NCBI GenBank assembly: GCA_051251855.1
Contig: JBPOGI010000005.1
Location: forward strand, 294,742-358,741
Direction of reading: 5' to 3'
DNA from: Roseibacillus sp.
GTDB taxonomy: Bacteria; Verrucomicrobiota; Verrucomicrobiia; Verrucomicrobiales; Akkermansiaceae
DNA: 64,000 nt
In this document: piece after piece, positions 10,584 to 19,879 of the stretch
Position numbering within the stretch: the stretch's first letter is position 1
How the letters are laid out: the number at the start of each line of letters is the position of its first letter
Position numbers and translations under genes: made by a program
Notes under the pieces: generated by a model
Databases searched by the model: none
What the model saw: the letters and a program-made list of their open reading frames with translations, nothing else
What the model was told of the DNA's origin: nothing

Positions 10584-10767
10584 GGGATGAGTTTGTCTGA
10601 GAGCGAAGGGGGACTAAAGTGAAAGGTGATTCTTAATCGGCAGAGGCTTCGAAGCGAGGAAAGTCGTTTCAGCTGGAAAAAAACGTTGTGAGCGACGTTT
10701 GCCGAAAGATTGCTCTAGCTTGATGAACAAGCTTGGAAAGAGAATCTTCATTCGTCAGATTGTTGAT

Positions 10768-11687
10768 GTGAACTATCGAACGTTCTTTCTACTACTATGC
10801 TTCCATTTCGAGATCTCTTCTCTGAGTGGTGCTATCACCCGACTCCATTTCGAGCCGAGCCTCGATACGAGCTTCTCCTATTCTCCTGTTGTTGCTGCCA
10901 GCCAACTCGTGGATGAGGGACTTGACTCTGAGGGGAGGACGGTCAGCCGTCTACGGGAGGAAGTCGAAGATAGTGGAGGTTCAACCGTTGATACTGACAT
11001 TGGTGGGGGGACGATGAGTTATGAATTTAGATCGAGCTATGATTCAGCAACGGCAAGTCGAACTTTCTCGAATGATTCCGAATTCCGCTATTCGCTGAAT
11101 CGAACAGTGAGCGCTTCGCTCGAGAACGAAGTCTCAATCAGCACCTATGGTCGGTTTTCTTTCATTGTGATTCCGCGGTTTGAATTAGTAATCGAGTTTC
11201 TCTTGATGTGACATCGCCTGTTCGAATGAGAATGGCATTCGAGCGTCAGGGTGACTACGGACAATTTAGAGAGCACCAAGCAGTGTCGGTTTTTGGTGGT
11301 GATAGAATTTTTCCCTACTTTAGTCTCGTTCTAACGAGTTTTTACGATGATGCAGGCACTTCTCATTTTGAAACCATATTTGAGGGAAGTGACTTTGGAG
11401 TCCAAGTTCAGGGCTGGGGCAATGACTCTCAATTGGAGTTAGATATTCTCATCACGCCAACTCAATTCTCTGAACCGACCTCCGTCGTGTTCGATTGGAA
11501 TGCCGATCATTCTGGCAAGTTAGAAAGTGGAACATTCTTTGGCAGTGGAAGAGGGTCCGATTCTTCGGGTCTCACTTATTCAGAAGAAATACTCCTTACG
11601 GTCGTGCCTGAGCCCTCCGCGCAACTGCTTTCCTGCTTAGGTCTGCTAGTCTGTTGCTCTTGGAAACGCCTTAGAACTCAAGTTTAA
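10768..11687 (+). pseudogene. PEP-CTERM protein split by a single-base frameshift between about 11184 and 11208
   Basis: 5' ORF carries the signal-like N-terminus; 3' ORF ends VPEPSAQLLSCLGLLVCCSWKRLR. Adding one A at about 11184 gives continuous RFEISNRVSLDVTSPVRMR. Start codon uncertain. Confidence 0.7.
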
Positions 11688-11721
11688 GATAGAACGACTA
11701 CGAGATGTTCTGAGCCTAAGG

Positions 11722-14202
11722 CTAATCGACGAATTTTTCCAAGCTTGTCAGCATTGCTTCGAGTCTACTGGCGTAGTCTTGGCCGGTGGTGTTGGCTTGC
11801 AGGCGGTCGGCCCAGAGGGGGAAGGCGAAGGGGGTGAGGCGTTCGGTTTCTTGGATGACGATGGGCAGGGTTTGCAGGGTGAGGAGGACCGCTTGCAGGC
11901 GGGTGAGTTCGAGTTGACGTTCGAGAATTTCGCGTTGGGCTTGTTCTAACAGGAGGTTGTGAGGGTCGTAGTTGGTGAAGACGTCGAAGAGGAGGGAGGA
12001 AGAAGTCTGGAGCTCGCGACCGGTTTTGCGCTGGCCGGGGTAGTTGGCGACGATGAGGCCGGAGACGCGGGCGATGTCGCGGAACTGGCGGCGGGCGAGT
12101 TCGGTGGCGTTGAGGCAGGCGAGGAGGTCGTCTACGAGCTTGTTCGTGGTGAGGAGTTCTCGCCAAGTGGGCTCGTCGAGAGGGAGATCGGCGTTACTGG
12201 AGAGGGAGAAGCCGTAGTCGTTCTGGGTGGCCTCGACGGTGGCTCCGGTGTCGCGGGTGATGCGCCAGGCGAGAAGGGCGCCGAGACCTTCGTTGGCAGA
12301 GCGCCCCGCGAAGGTGAAGAGGAAGAGGTTGTGGGTGTCTTCTTTTTCGAGGTGGGTGTGCTCGATAAGGAGGGTTTCGTCGTCGGGGAGTTGGGACCAC
12401 TGACTTTGGATTTTAAGGAGAGGAGCGAGGGCTTGGGTTTCGGGGGTCTCGGTGGGGTCGCAGTGGAGGCGGTGGGCGATGGCGTGGGTCAGTTCGGTGG
12501 AGAGGGACATCTTGGCTCCGGTCCAAGTGGCGATGCTTCCTTTATACTTCTTGGTGGCGGGGCGGACGGTGGCGGCATGGGCGCGGAGGCGGACGAATTC
12601 GAGTCTGCGGCCGGCGAAGATGAGTTGCTGCCCGGGCTTGAGCTTAGAAATAAAGCCTTCTTCCACGGTGCCGAGGAGTTTGCCGTTGCCCATTTTGACA
12701 AGGATGTTTTGGTCGCTGGTTATGGTGCCGATGGACATGCGGTGGAGTTGAATCTTGCGCTTGTCGGTGACGGTATATCGGCTGTCGGGGAGGAGTTCCG
12801 CTTTTTGGTAACCGGGGTAGGCTTTAAGTGCGTCCCCTCCATGGGTGATGAAACCGAGAGCCCATTTCCATTCGTTGTCTGTTAGGTTTTGATAGGCGTG
12901 GGTGGTCTGCACTTCGGAGCGGAGGTCGTCGGGGTGGGCTGGTTCGCCGATGAGGAGGGTGACGAGGTGTTGGACGAGGAGGTCGAGGGGTTTGCGGAGA
13001 GGTGTGCGGGACTCGATGTGGTGAGAGGAGGTTTTTTGAATAGTGGCCTCGATGGCGTCGCGGGCGGCGGCGAATTCTAACAGTTCGAGGGCGTTGGTGG
13101 GGACACAGATGAGCTTGGAGGTTTGCCCGGGGGAATGGCCAGAGCGTCCGGCGCGTTGCATGAGGCGGGCGATGCCTTTGGGGGAGCCGACTTGGATGAC
13201 GAGGTCGACGGGAGAAAAGTCGACGCCAAGGTCGAGAGAGGAGGTGCAGACGACGCACTTGAGTTCTCCGTCGCGCAGGCCTTGTTCGACTTCGTCGCGG
13301 ACTTCGCGGTCGAGGGAGCCGTGATGCATGGCGAGTTGGTTACCCCATTTGGGTCGCACCGCGTTGAGTTCTTGAAACCAAATCTCAGTTTGGGAACGGG
13401 TGTTGGTAAAAAGGAGGGTGGAATTGTGTTTGTCGACTTGTTGGGCAACCTGCCGGACGAGGCGGGTGCCGAGGTGGCCGGCCCAGGGGAAGCGCTCTAC
13501 GTCTTTGGGAAGAAGCGTGGTGATGGAGAGGGGTTTGCGTTCTTTGCTGTGAATAATGCGACCTCCCTTTTTACCGACGAGGACTTGCGCGGCTTCTTCG
13601 AGGTTGCCGAGGGTGGCAGAGAGGGCCCAAGTGCGGAGGTCGGGAGAGAGCTTGCGGAGGCGGGCAAGGCAGAGTTCGGTTTGCACTCCGCGCTTGCCGC
13701 CGATGAGTTCGTGCCACTCGTCGATGACCACGCATTGCAGGTTCTCGAAGTAGGCGCGGGAGTCTTCGTAGGTGAGAAGGAGGGAGAGGGACTCGGGGGT
13801 GGTGACGAGGGCGAAGGGTGGTTTCTCGCGAATCTTTTTTTTGCGGTAGCCGGAGGTGTCGCCGGTGCGGGCTTCTACCTCGAGGTGGGGAGCGAGTTCC
13901 TGCACTGGCTCGCGGAGAGATTCGAGGGTGTCGGCGGCGAGGGCGCGCAGGGGTGTGAGCCAGAGGACGCGGAGTTGGCCTTTGGGAGAAGGGGCTGCCA
14001 CTTCTTGCGCGAGAGGGCCTAGGAAGGCGGCGAGGGTCTTGCCGAGGCCAGTGGGAGCGTGGATGAGACCGCTTTCACCATTTTCGTAGGCGGTCCAAGA
14101 TTCTTCCTGAAAGTCGAAGGGCTTCCACTTGCGGCTTTTGAAGAAGGGTTGAAGGTGCGAATCCAAGTGCGGCCAATAAATCACGGTAGCAAACAAGCGC
14201 AC
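11722..14202 (-). CDS. Ligase-associated DNA damage response DEXH-box (Lhr-like) helicase
   Basis: APTGLGKT, TTPESL, DEWHE, SATLGN, HHGSL, QRAGRSGH, LARRQFRDIAR; true start may be TTG 14166. Confidence 0.92.
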   Translation of the reverse strand: MRLFATVIYWPHLDSHLQPFFKSRKWKPFDFQEESWTAYENGESGLIHAPTGLGKTLAAFLGPLAQEVAAPSPKGQLRVLWLTPLRALAADTLESLREPVQELAPHLEVEARTGDTSGYRKKKIREKPPFALVTTPESLSLLLTYEDSRAYFENLQCVVIDEWHELIGGKRGVQTELCLARLRKLSPDLRTWALSATLGNLEEAAQVLVGKKGGRIIHSKERKPLSITTLLPKDVERFPWAGHLGTRLVRQVAQQVDKHNSTLLFTNTRSQTEIWFQELNAVRPKWGNQLAMHHGSLDREVRDEVEQGLRDGELKCVVCTSSLDLGVDFSPVDLVIQVGSPKGIARLMQRAGRSGHSPGQTSKLICVPTNALELLEFAAARDAIEATIQKTSSHHIESRTPLRKPLDLLVQHLVTLLIGEPAHPDDLRSEVQTTHAYQNLTDNEWKWALGFITHGGDALKAYPGYQKAELLPDSRYTVTDKRKIQLHRMSIGTITSDQNILVKMGNGKLLGTVEEGFISKLKPGQQLIFAGRRLEFVRLRAHAATVRPATKKYKGSIATWTGAKMSLSTELTHAIAHRLHCDPTETPETQALAPLLKIQSQWSQLPDDETLLIEHTHLEKEDTHNLFLFTFAGRSANEGLGALLAWRITRDTGATVEATQNDYGFSLSSNADLPLDEPTWRELLTTNKLVDDLLACLNATELARRQFRDIARVSGLIVANYPGQRKTGRELQTSSSLLFDVFTNYDPHNLLLEQAQREILERQLELTRLQAVLLTLQTLPIVIQETERLTPFAFPLWADRLQANTTGQDYASRLEAMLTSLEKFVD

Positions 14203-14393
14203 TCATTTTTTCGTTTTCTTTCCTTCAGGCCGAAAAGAGGGGGGCGTGGTTGGAAATGAAAACGCCCATGAAAAGCCAAGTGTGGATCGCCGTTGGGCTT
14301 GTTTCACTTGGCTAGACACGGGCGAGTGAAGCGGTTTCGCTCCGAGGTCCCAAAACGAGTTCCCTTTGCGAGTATTGAAGTAGAAGTTTTTTC

Positions 14394-16535
14394 TTAGAAG
14401 TCTTCTACTCGCTCGAGATAACGATAATATGCCTCTAATTCCTCGGCTTCAGCAATCGCTTCGGAAGTGCCGTCGAAGCTACTTCTGAGAAGACCGCCGT
14501 CTTCGACGTTCCCTTGAGTGACAGAAATGATAGTGACTGGCACGAGTTCATTAAAATTCTCATCTAGCTCAACAAGTTGGGCCACTCCTTCTTCAAGACC
14601 TCCTTCAATACAAAAGGAAATTGTGCCCGTAATTGGATTCCGGGTAAATTCGACAACTTCGAATGCGGGAACGAGAACCGCTGGCTCGGGTGGCATTCCA
14701 GGGTTGGGAATATTATCTTCTCCAAAGCCCGCGTCGACAAAGGAACCGCTAAAGACACGGAAGCTGAAGTCGCTCGGATCATTGGTATCAAGAAGAGACC
14801 AACCCGAGATGGTAACCTTAAAGTCAGGTTGAGCTTCGGATGGATTGGCTGCGGCGCGAGCGGTAGCCCCTCCTACGACGTCGGTCCCATAATTCGTTCC
14901 CATAGCCTGGCCTGGAAGGATGTCTGCGATGCGCAATTCCAGAGTATTGGTATCGAGACTCTCACTTCTGGGAACTCCGATAACGTGTGTTTCGGTGCCA
15001 TCCTTATTTAGATCAAAGGCAATGGTAATCGTTTCTCCAGGTCCGAGGTCCGGGACGTCGGCTCCACCAGAGGAAGCGGTCATGACTCCGGGGTCGCCAT
15101 CGCCATCAGCATCTCCAGCGATTCCAAAGAAATCGATATTAATCACGAGCTTATCGGAAATTGGCGAATAGACGAAGGTCAAGGTCTTGAAGTCCCAACC
15201 AGACAAATTGGGGTGTCCAGGTGGGATTCCCACATCAGGGCTGAGTTCACCATTGAGAAGTTTGAAGTCATCGTAGGTGCCAACTCGATTTTTAGGTTTC
15301 GCTACGAGAGCGATATCTCCGAAGTGATTGTCTTCTCCAAAACCATCGTCACCAAAAGACCCTGCAAAAGATCGAAATGCGAATTGAAAGGGGTTGTCGG
15401 TCAACTGAGACCAATTGCTAATCACCATCACGAAGTCCTGTTCCTCGGTGGCAGCGGAGGGATTGTGAAGAAGAGTCGCAGTGGCATCGGTGCCAGTAGA
15501 GGCTCCAAAAGCGGCACCAATATTACTAGGTTGGCCGTCGAATTGCGCAACTTCCGCCGCTAAGGTGCTTGGGTTGATAGAATTAGTGGTGGAAATTCCG
15601 GCTACGGTATCGAAGGTGCCATCGCCATCAAAGTCGAAGGCAACAGCGATAGATTCAGAACCTTCCAAGTTGGGAAGGTCATTGCCGCTTGTGGGCTGTG
15701 ACCAGACCCCTGGGTCACCGTCGCCGTCCGCATCGCCTGCGATTCCGAAAGTATCGATGGTGACCTTCATGGTGTCGGCAACGGGATCATAGCGAAACTC
15801 GGTCGCTGCGATATCCCATCCGGTAATCGTTCCCGGAGGGCTATTAGGATGAACTCCAGTGTCAGGTATTGCTCCATCTTTGGAAATATTTTGGGCGCGC
15901 CCTACGAAGCTCAAGTTGACCTCACCGGTCATGAAATCAGATTGGCGCTGGTCATTGCCCGACTCAGCTTGGGCTTGGAAATAAAATTGTTGAGCATGAG
16001 GCTGGACAGTAGACCAATCTGGAATCTGGATGTGGAGGTCGGGATTGGTAGCTGAAGGAGCTGCTACGAGGATTGGGTTGATATCGGGCCGGGAAGCACC
16101 CAACCCGCCAAAGCTTCCGAGAGGGATATTGCTTGTGCCACTTGGAATGCTGTTAGGACTTGCGACGACATAGTCCACAAATCCATCATTCTCGAAGTCA
16201 AAGTTGATATTAAAGAACTCTCCTGAGCCGTAATCAGCGACGTCATCAGTTCCACCATCGGGGTCACCATCGCCATCGGCATCGCCTGCAATCCCACTAA
16301 ATTTTAAACGGATATCGAGAACATCGCTACCGGGTGCATATCGGAATTCGGCCCGCGTGAAGTCAAATCCAAAGGCGGGAGCAAATGGTGCAGCTGGATC
16401 TCCAAAAGGAGGGTCATCAAAGACGGTGATATCCTGCTGCGCCGAGACGTTGCTGCTGATTGCAATATAGGAAGTTAGGGCTAGACCGCCAAAGCGAAGG
16501 CCTGTTTTGTTTTGTATTATCGTGCGTCTTTTCAT
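14394..16535 (-). CDS. Secreted acidic protein with three tandem ~200-aa repeats
   Basis: Signal peptide; GIAGDADGDGDP occurs three times, each followed by (F/I)xFD(F/L)xxDG. Confidence 0.85.
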   Translation of the reverse strand: MKRRTIIQNKTGLRFGGLALTSYIAISSNVSAQQDITVFDDPPFGDPAAPFAPAFGFDFTRAEFRYAPGSDVLDIRLKFSGIAGDADGDGDPDGGTDDVADYGSGEFFNINFDFENDGFVDYVVASPNSIPSGTSNIPLGSFGGLGASRPDINPILVAAPSATNPDLHIQIPDWSTVQPHAQQFYFQAQAESGNDQRQSDFMTGEVNLSFVGRAQNISKDGAIPDTGVHPNSPPGTITGWDIAATEFRYDPVADTMKVTIDTFGIAGDADGDGDPGVWSQPTSGNDLPNLEGSESIAVAFDFDGDGTFDTVAGISTTNSINPSTLAAEVAQFDGQPSNIGAAFGASTGTDATATLLHNPSAATEEQDFVMVISNWSQLTDNPFQFAFRSFAGSFGDDGFGEDNHFGDIALVAKPKNRVGTYDDFKLLNGELSPDVGIPPGHPNLSGWDFKTLTFVYSPISDKLVINIDFFGIAGDADGDGDPGVMTASSGGADVPDLGPGETITIAFDLNKDGTETHVIGVPRSESLDTNTLELRIADILPGQAMGTNYGTDVVGGATARAAANPSEAQPDFKVTISGWSLLDTNDPSDFSFRVFSGSFVDAGFGEDNIPNPGMPPEPAVLVPAFEVVEFTRNPITGTISFCIEGGLEEGVAQLVELDENFNELVPVTIISVTQGNVEDGGLLRSSFDGTSEAIAEAEELEAYYRYLERVEDF

Positions 16536-16598
16536 CGTTGTTCGGTTGAATTCCTAGTTTTCTCGAGACTATTTTTTAGCAAGGAGTATCAACCTTGC

Positions 16599-16615
16599 AG
16601 CAATACATCCACCAG
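16599..16615 (-). promoter_or_regulatory. Possible sigma-54 -24/-12 promoter
   Basis: Minus strand CTGGTGGATGTATTGCT has GG-N10-GC spacing with TTGC, about 65 nt upstream of ATG 16535; -24 box imperfect. Confidence 0.3.
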
Positions 16616-16759
16616 AAGTCGTGAGAGATTGCATACCTTCTTTTGGTCTGTTTTTCTGAAAAGACGAGAGTATTTTTGAAATCCATTAGTCAATTTCACT
16701 GGCGAATTTTGGATTGCAGCATTTTTTTCCGTCCGGTGGCTTTTGGTGCGCATCCCTTC

Positions 16760-16799
16760 AAACAAAGAACCTCCGGAACGGTGCGACCGTGCCGGAGGT
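16760..16799 (-). terminator. Intrinsic terminator after the PEP-CTERM gene
   Basis: Minus strand ACCTCCGGCACGG-TCGCA-CCGTTCCGGAGGT-TCTTTGTTT. Confidence 0.7.
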
Positions 16800-16838
16800 G
16801 GAGCATTGATGAGGTATGGTAACTTTGATTGGCGGGTC

Positions 16839-17590
16839 CTATGCCTTACGGCGTCTTTGGAGGAGAGGAACCATCCCAAGCAGAGCGAGAAGAGCTGAAG
16901 AGGGTTCGGGGATGGTGCGACCAACGATTTCGATACCGTTGAGGTAGGCTTCACCTGGTGCCGAGCCGGTCGATGCTTCGATTTGGATAAATTGGGTGGT
17001 TTCTAACCGGCCACTGTAAACGACATAGTTTCCTGAAGGGAAGGACTGGCTATCGACATAGCTGCTAGTTCCAGCTCCGTATCCAGGAACCAAATCACTA
17101 TGAGAGAAGGTGATAGGAATCCCGCCGCCGCCAGGGCTCAGACTGATATTGCTCGTGGGAAGAGATGCTGTTCCTGCATTAGAATAGACATAAATATCAT
17201 ATTCATCCCATCCTAAGCTGGCTAAGGAGGGGATAGTGAATTGAACCGTGATGTTAGGATCGAGAGTGCGGGTAGAGAGGTAGCCTTCCATCATGTCTTC
17301 GTCACCAATGGTAGATGTGCTGCTAGTGATCGTGCCATCAAGAGGAGCATTCCAACCATAAGTGATGCTGCCGCCAACACCCGTGTTAGTGAGAGATGAT
17401 CCTCCTCCCGAGAGACCAAGGGCTGCATCCCACCAGTGGTGGGGACAACGCCAGCAACTTGAGTTGGAGCGAGAGTGTCGGGCTGCACGGTGCCATGGAA
17501 GTCGATTGCATAAGTGGAGACGACAGCGGCCGAAGCGGGGAGGGCTGAGAAGGTGAGGCTGAGGGCGAGAGTTTGAAGTTGTTTTTTCAT
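16839..17590 (-). pseudogene. PEP-CTERM protein split by a single-base frameshift near 17435-17444
   Basis: MKKQLQTLALSLTFSALPASAA...AGVVP continues in another frame as HWWDAALGLSGGGSSLTNTG...DEDMMEGYL...IPEPSSALLALLGMVPLLQRRRKA. Confidence 0.8.
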
Positions 17591-17753
17591 AGCGTTGTTG
17601 ATTTTGGAAGATGCCATTGATTGGCAGTGATCTCTCAATCGGTGATGGAAGAGGCCGTTTCCAAAATAGTTAAAAATATTTTTAGGTGAAGAGGTCGGCC
17701 ATAGGCTCCAGCAGAGGTCTTGACGGTAACACTAGGAAAAGTAATCTCCCCTC

Positions 17754-18113
17754 ATGGCAAAAGTTCAGATTTATCATTACCCAAATTGAGGGTCTTCGAA
17801 GAATGCCTTGGCGGTCGCCGAGGAGATGGGAGTGGAGCACGAGGTGATTCTTTATATCAAAACACCTCCGGGCCGTGAAGAGCTGGAGAAGATTGTGGCG
17901 GGCTTGGAGGATCCTGTGGAAGATTTGGTGCGGAAGGATTCCATGTTTAAGAAGAAGGAATACAATCCAGACGACTACGTCGGGAATCCGGAGGCGGTGG
18001 TGGAGATTTTACTGAAGCACAAGCAGCTCTTGCAGCGCCCTGTGATTGTGAAAGGAAAGAAGGCCATTATTGGGAGGCCGAAGGCGCGGATTGCGGAGTT
18101 TCTTGGGTCGTAG
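17754..18113 (+). CDS. ArsC (glutaredoxin-type arsenate reductase) family protein, probable selenoprotein (TGA at codon 12)
   Basis: MAKVQIYHYPN*GSSKNAL aligns in register with R773 ArsC MSNITIYHNPACGTSRNTL; conserved LVRK, LQRPVI, IGRP downstream. Confidence 0.88.
17806..17823 (+). promoter_or_regulatory. Bacterial SECIS-like hairpin (ArsC-like gene)
   Basis: CCTTGGC-GGTC-GCCGAGG; 23 nt lie between the TGA at 17787-17789 and the loop. Confidence 0.7.
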
Positions 18114-18225
18114 TTTTCGGAACTTCCAAGGAGGCGTTGAGCAGTTTTTGGCTATCGTTTCGATGAATCGAATCTTGTCTGTGGCTTCAGTTTTCTAGGA
18201 CTGCTCATCTCCTTTATTCATAGAA

Positions 18226-19473
18226 ATGACTGACCCCGTCCGCACTTTGTTAGTGATTGGCTATGTTTGGCCAGAACCGAATTCGTCGGCGGCTGGCGGG
18301 CACATCATGAGTTTGATGCGCTTGTTTCAAGGAGACGGTTGGAAGGTTCATTTTGCGAGCCCGGCAGCGCGTGGAGAGCATGAGTGTGATTTGGAGTCGG
18401 AGGCGATTCTTTCGCATAAGGTCGCCTTAAATTGTCGATCGTTTGATTCCTTTGTTTCTGAGCTGAACCCAAAGGTGGTCTTGTTTGATCGCTTCATGAT
18501 GGAAGAGCAGTTCGGTTGGCGCGTTGCTCAAGCTTGTCCTAGGGCCATACGAGTGTTGGACATGGAGGATTTTCACAGCCTGCGTTACGCACGGCATGAG
18601 GCGGTGAAGAAGGGCCTGTCTTACCGGGAAGCGGATCTTTTTACCGAGAAAGCCCAACGGGAGGTGGCGGCGATTTTCCGGTGCGATTTGAGCCTGGTGA
18701 TTTCCGAAGTTGAGCGGGAGTTACTCATTTCTGAATATCAAGTTCCGGCCGAGCTTCTGATTTGGTGTCCGTTCCTTTTGGAGCCTTATGAGCAGGATAT
18801 TCCAGTCTTTGACGAACGAGAGAATTTGATTTCGATCGGGAATTTCCGGCATGCTCCGAATTGGGATGCCGTCCTACAGCTGAAGGGGGAAATTTGGCCC
18901 TTGATTCGTAGGGAGCTGCCCAAGGTTGAGCTTCATATTTACGGCGCTTATCCTCCTCCTAAAGCGATGGCGCTTCATCAACCTAAAGAGGGGTTTTTGG
19001 TCAAGGGGTGGGCAAGGGATGCGCGCGCAGCAGTGTCGCGAGCTCGTCTTTGTTTGGCACCGCTAAGATTCGGAGCAGGATTAAAAGGGAAGCTCACTGA
19101 GGCTATGCTGTGTGGCACGCCTAGTATCACGACGTCGGTGGGTTCGGAGGGGATTTCAGGTAAGCTTCCGTGGCCGGGTGCCGTGGCCGATGATGTTAAG
19201 ATTTTTGCGAAGGAAGCGGTTGCTCTCTATACTGATGAGCAAGAGTGGAAGCTTCGACAAGCGCGGGGGGCGCAGCTACTTGAGCAACGTTTTCATCGGG
19301 AAAGGAACGGTCAGCGAGTTCTAGATCAGGTGGCGTCCTGTCTTGAGAATTTGGAAGTTCACCGGAGGAGAAACTTTATCGGGAAGATGCTGCAGCACCA
19401 GAGCCTGAAGGCGACGCAATACATGTCGCAATGGATCGAGGCGAAAAATCAAGGGGTGGCAGAGAAGGGCTAG
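18226..19473 (+). CDS. Glycosyltransferase family 4 (GT-B) protein
   Basis: WPEPNSSAAG, IGNFRHAPNWDA, APLRFGAGLKGK..EAM..GTP.ITT..G.EG. Confidence 0.9.
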   Translation: MTDPVRTLLVIGYVWPEPNSSAAGGHIMSLMRLFQGDGWKVHFASPAARGEHECDLESEAILSHKVALNCRSFDSFVSELNPKVVLFDRFMMEEQFGWRVAQACPRAIRVLDMEDFHSLRYARHEAVKKGLSYREADLFTEKAQREVAAIFRCDLSLVISEVERELLISEYQVPAELLIWCPFLLEPYEQDIPVFDERENLISIGNFRHAPNWDAVLQLKGEIWPLIRRELPKVELHIYGAYPPPKAMALHQPKEGFLVKGWARDARAAVSRARLCLAPLRFGAGLKGKLTEAMLCGTPSITTSVGSEGISGKLPWPGAVADDVKIFAKEAVALYTDEQEWKLRQARGAQLLEQRFHRERNGQRVLDQVASCLENLEVHRRRNFIGKMLQHQSLKATQYMSQWIEAKNQGVAEKG

Positions 19474-19666
19474 CTCGCAAAGTGTGTTAGCCATCCATTT
19501 GGTTCGGTGGGATGAGAGCGAAGCCTAGTGCTCCGTATTCCTTAAAATGAATGAAAGGGTTTTCCGTTTTGAGGGATATGATTCAGCTTCCTCCTTACGC
19601 CTTTTCTGCGAAAAAAATCACCTTCGCCAATCACCCTCGCCAATCCCACAAAAAGACAATAGCGGG

Positions 19667-19704
19667 AAAAAAATGAGGGCCCCCGGAGACCAATCCGGGA
19701 GCCC
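19667..19704 (-). terminator. Intrinsic terminator downstream of the amylase gene
   Basis: Minus strand GGGCTCCCGGA-TTGGTC-TCCGGGGGCCC-TCA-TTTTTTT. Confidence 0.7.
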
Positions 19705-19879
19705 GCATGGATTGCTTGCGGTCGAGAAAACCTTTCGGTTCTCTCATCCGTCATTTTTAGCAACCGGATCTTTGACAGCTCATTTTCATAAATCAATGCG
19801 CCATCTCAGAAAATTTCATTTCCGACGGGATTTGATAAACTCATGAAGTGGCCAAAAAGGTCCGGGAGACAGCTGTTTT

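Noticed and set aside
14242..14313. Two inverted repeats (GGGCGT/ACGCCC and AGCCAAGTG/CACTTGGCT) upstream of the helicase
   Set aside because: Large loops and no recognisable RNA family; at most a weak terminator.
17612..17626. Palindrome TGCCA-N5-TGGCA upstream of the PEP-CTERM gene
   Set aside because: Single short occurrence with no cognate regulator nearby; could be chance.
19542..19846. Short ORFs between the GT4 and amylase genes
   Set aside because: No protein-like features, and they overlap a terminator hairpin.
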